Program-made: the position numbers and the translations under genes
In this document: positions 63,101 through 64,000 of the stretch, piece by piece
Position numbering within the stretch: position 1 is the first letter of the stretch
Layout: the number at the start of each line of letters is the position of its first letter
Source of the DNA: Eimeria praecox
Lineage: Eukaryota
Reading direction: 5' to 3'
DNA: 64,000 bases
Assembly (NCBI GenBank): GCA_963920595.1
Contig: OY986950.1
Span: forward strand, 3,906,001-3,970,000
Notes under the pieces: model-generated
The model's database searches: none
Told to the model about the DNA's origin: nothing
What the model saw: the letters and a program-made list of their open reading frames with translations, nothing else

Positions 63101-64000
63101 TTGGCAGCGCCATCCAGTTGCAATTCAAGCAACCCGTACCACGAACCGGCAACGCTTTGAAGCTGTTTACTGGTGCCTCTCGGTCACAGCATGCAAGCGA
63201 TGCAGATGATTGCCTAACTATGAACAGGCACGCATCGTATGCCAGGCTTTCTGCCCCTACCTCCGAACATTCCTGATGCTTACACCTCATACGACGCTGC
63301 GCACCTAGAGGTATAAGCCTTCAGTCTCTATAGCATCGCATTCCCCACCACTCGACTTGCAGACCTTCTACTCCAACACTGCGCACACTATTGCCTTCTT
63401 GCACAAAGCACGGCCACCTTGCGCTCAAGCAGCTTCCCTGCTCAGTCCCATGCGGAGCCACCCGTCAATGTGAAATCGCACCTAGCGGAGTGCTGGGATG
63501 CGGTTTTCGTGCTCACTGGGGCATTTCCGCCCCAATGCGTTGGAAACCCTCTTGTCTGAACAAACTTGAAATTCAGCAAGCTCCGCAAGCGTTCTGGCCT
63601 GATCCACAAAAGACGAGCCCGTAAGCAGACAATAATATTTCCGATTCAAGTGCACCCACGGCGCGTCATTTTATGGGTCATCCGCAGTCAAGCAGTTGCT
63701 AGAGCCACGTGGTTCGCGGGTCCGCTCCCACGCCTTCTACATGAAGTGCCATCTCACAATGCTACGTAGACTATGCTGAAGGCATTCAGGTTCTATAAAA
63801 TATGTCACAGCATTAGGCAGGATGCCCATATCAGCCGGCAACACGACGGCTAATACGAAAAGGGTATGAGGCACATCCTGTTTCTCCGTCCCACTTCAGG
63901 CCTATGCAAATACATGTAGGGCATGGCTGCGCCGAGGTCCTCCCGGTATCAATGCAGCAGGCTGTACAAGAGCGCACACATGCACCCATGCATCAAGCAA
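48110..64000. repeat. Tandem macro-repeat array, unit ~8.74 kb (A1-B1-A2-C-B2-A3...), running off the window end
   Basis: A1 ~48110-49776 matches A2 ~54760-56459 (initial offset 6650) and A3 from ~63495; B1 49777-54758 matches B2 58532-63494 (offset 8755 falling to 8736); C 56460-58531 occurs once. Identical short ORFs recur in the ORF track (e.g. 50035/58790, 53526/62264). Confidence 0.97.

Overview
Eukaryotic, intron-rich coccidian DNA, almost certainly Eimeria (inference from dense CAG/CTG tracts, interstitial AAACCCT telomere-like heptamers in introns and frequent TGCATGCA). The window crosses from a repeat-rich segment (~1-21 kb) into a repeat-poor segment. Genes I could support, most by manual exon joining with consistent splice phases: a 2875-aa low-complexity ORF with a (V-S-P)n array (+); an mL59-like mitochondrial ribosomal protein gene with telomere-repeat introns (-); one ~1370-aa TPR-SET-TPR-ankyrin gene that the ORF track splits into pieces (-); a multi-pass membrane protein (+); 26S proteasome ATPase RPT5 with one probable GC-AG intron (+); a small signal-peptide/TM protein (-); and an EEP-family phosphoesterase with a large insertion (-). 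A heavily decayed Ty3/gypsy retrotransposon lies at ~38.7-40.9 kb. The last 16 kb is a tandem array of a ~8.74-kb unit with no long ORF, carrying a 2.07-kb indel and mosaic divergence. The most unusual observations are six tandem copies of a splice acceptor plus partial exon separated by telomere repeats in the mL59-like gene, the ORF-less macro-repeat, and degenerate SET catalytic motifs.
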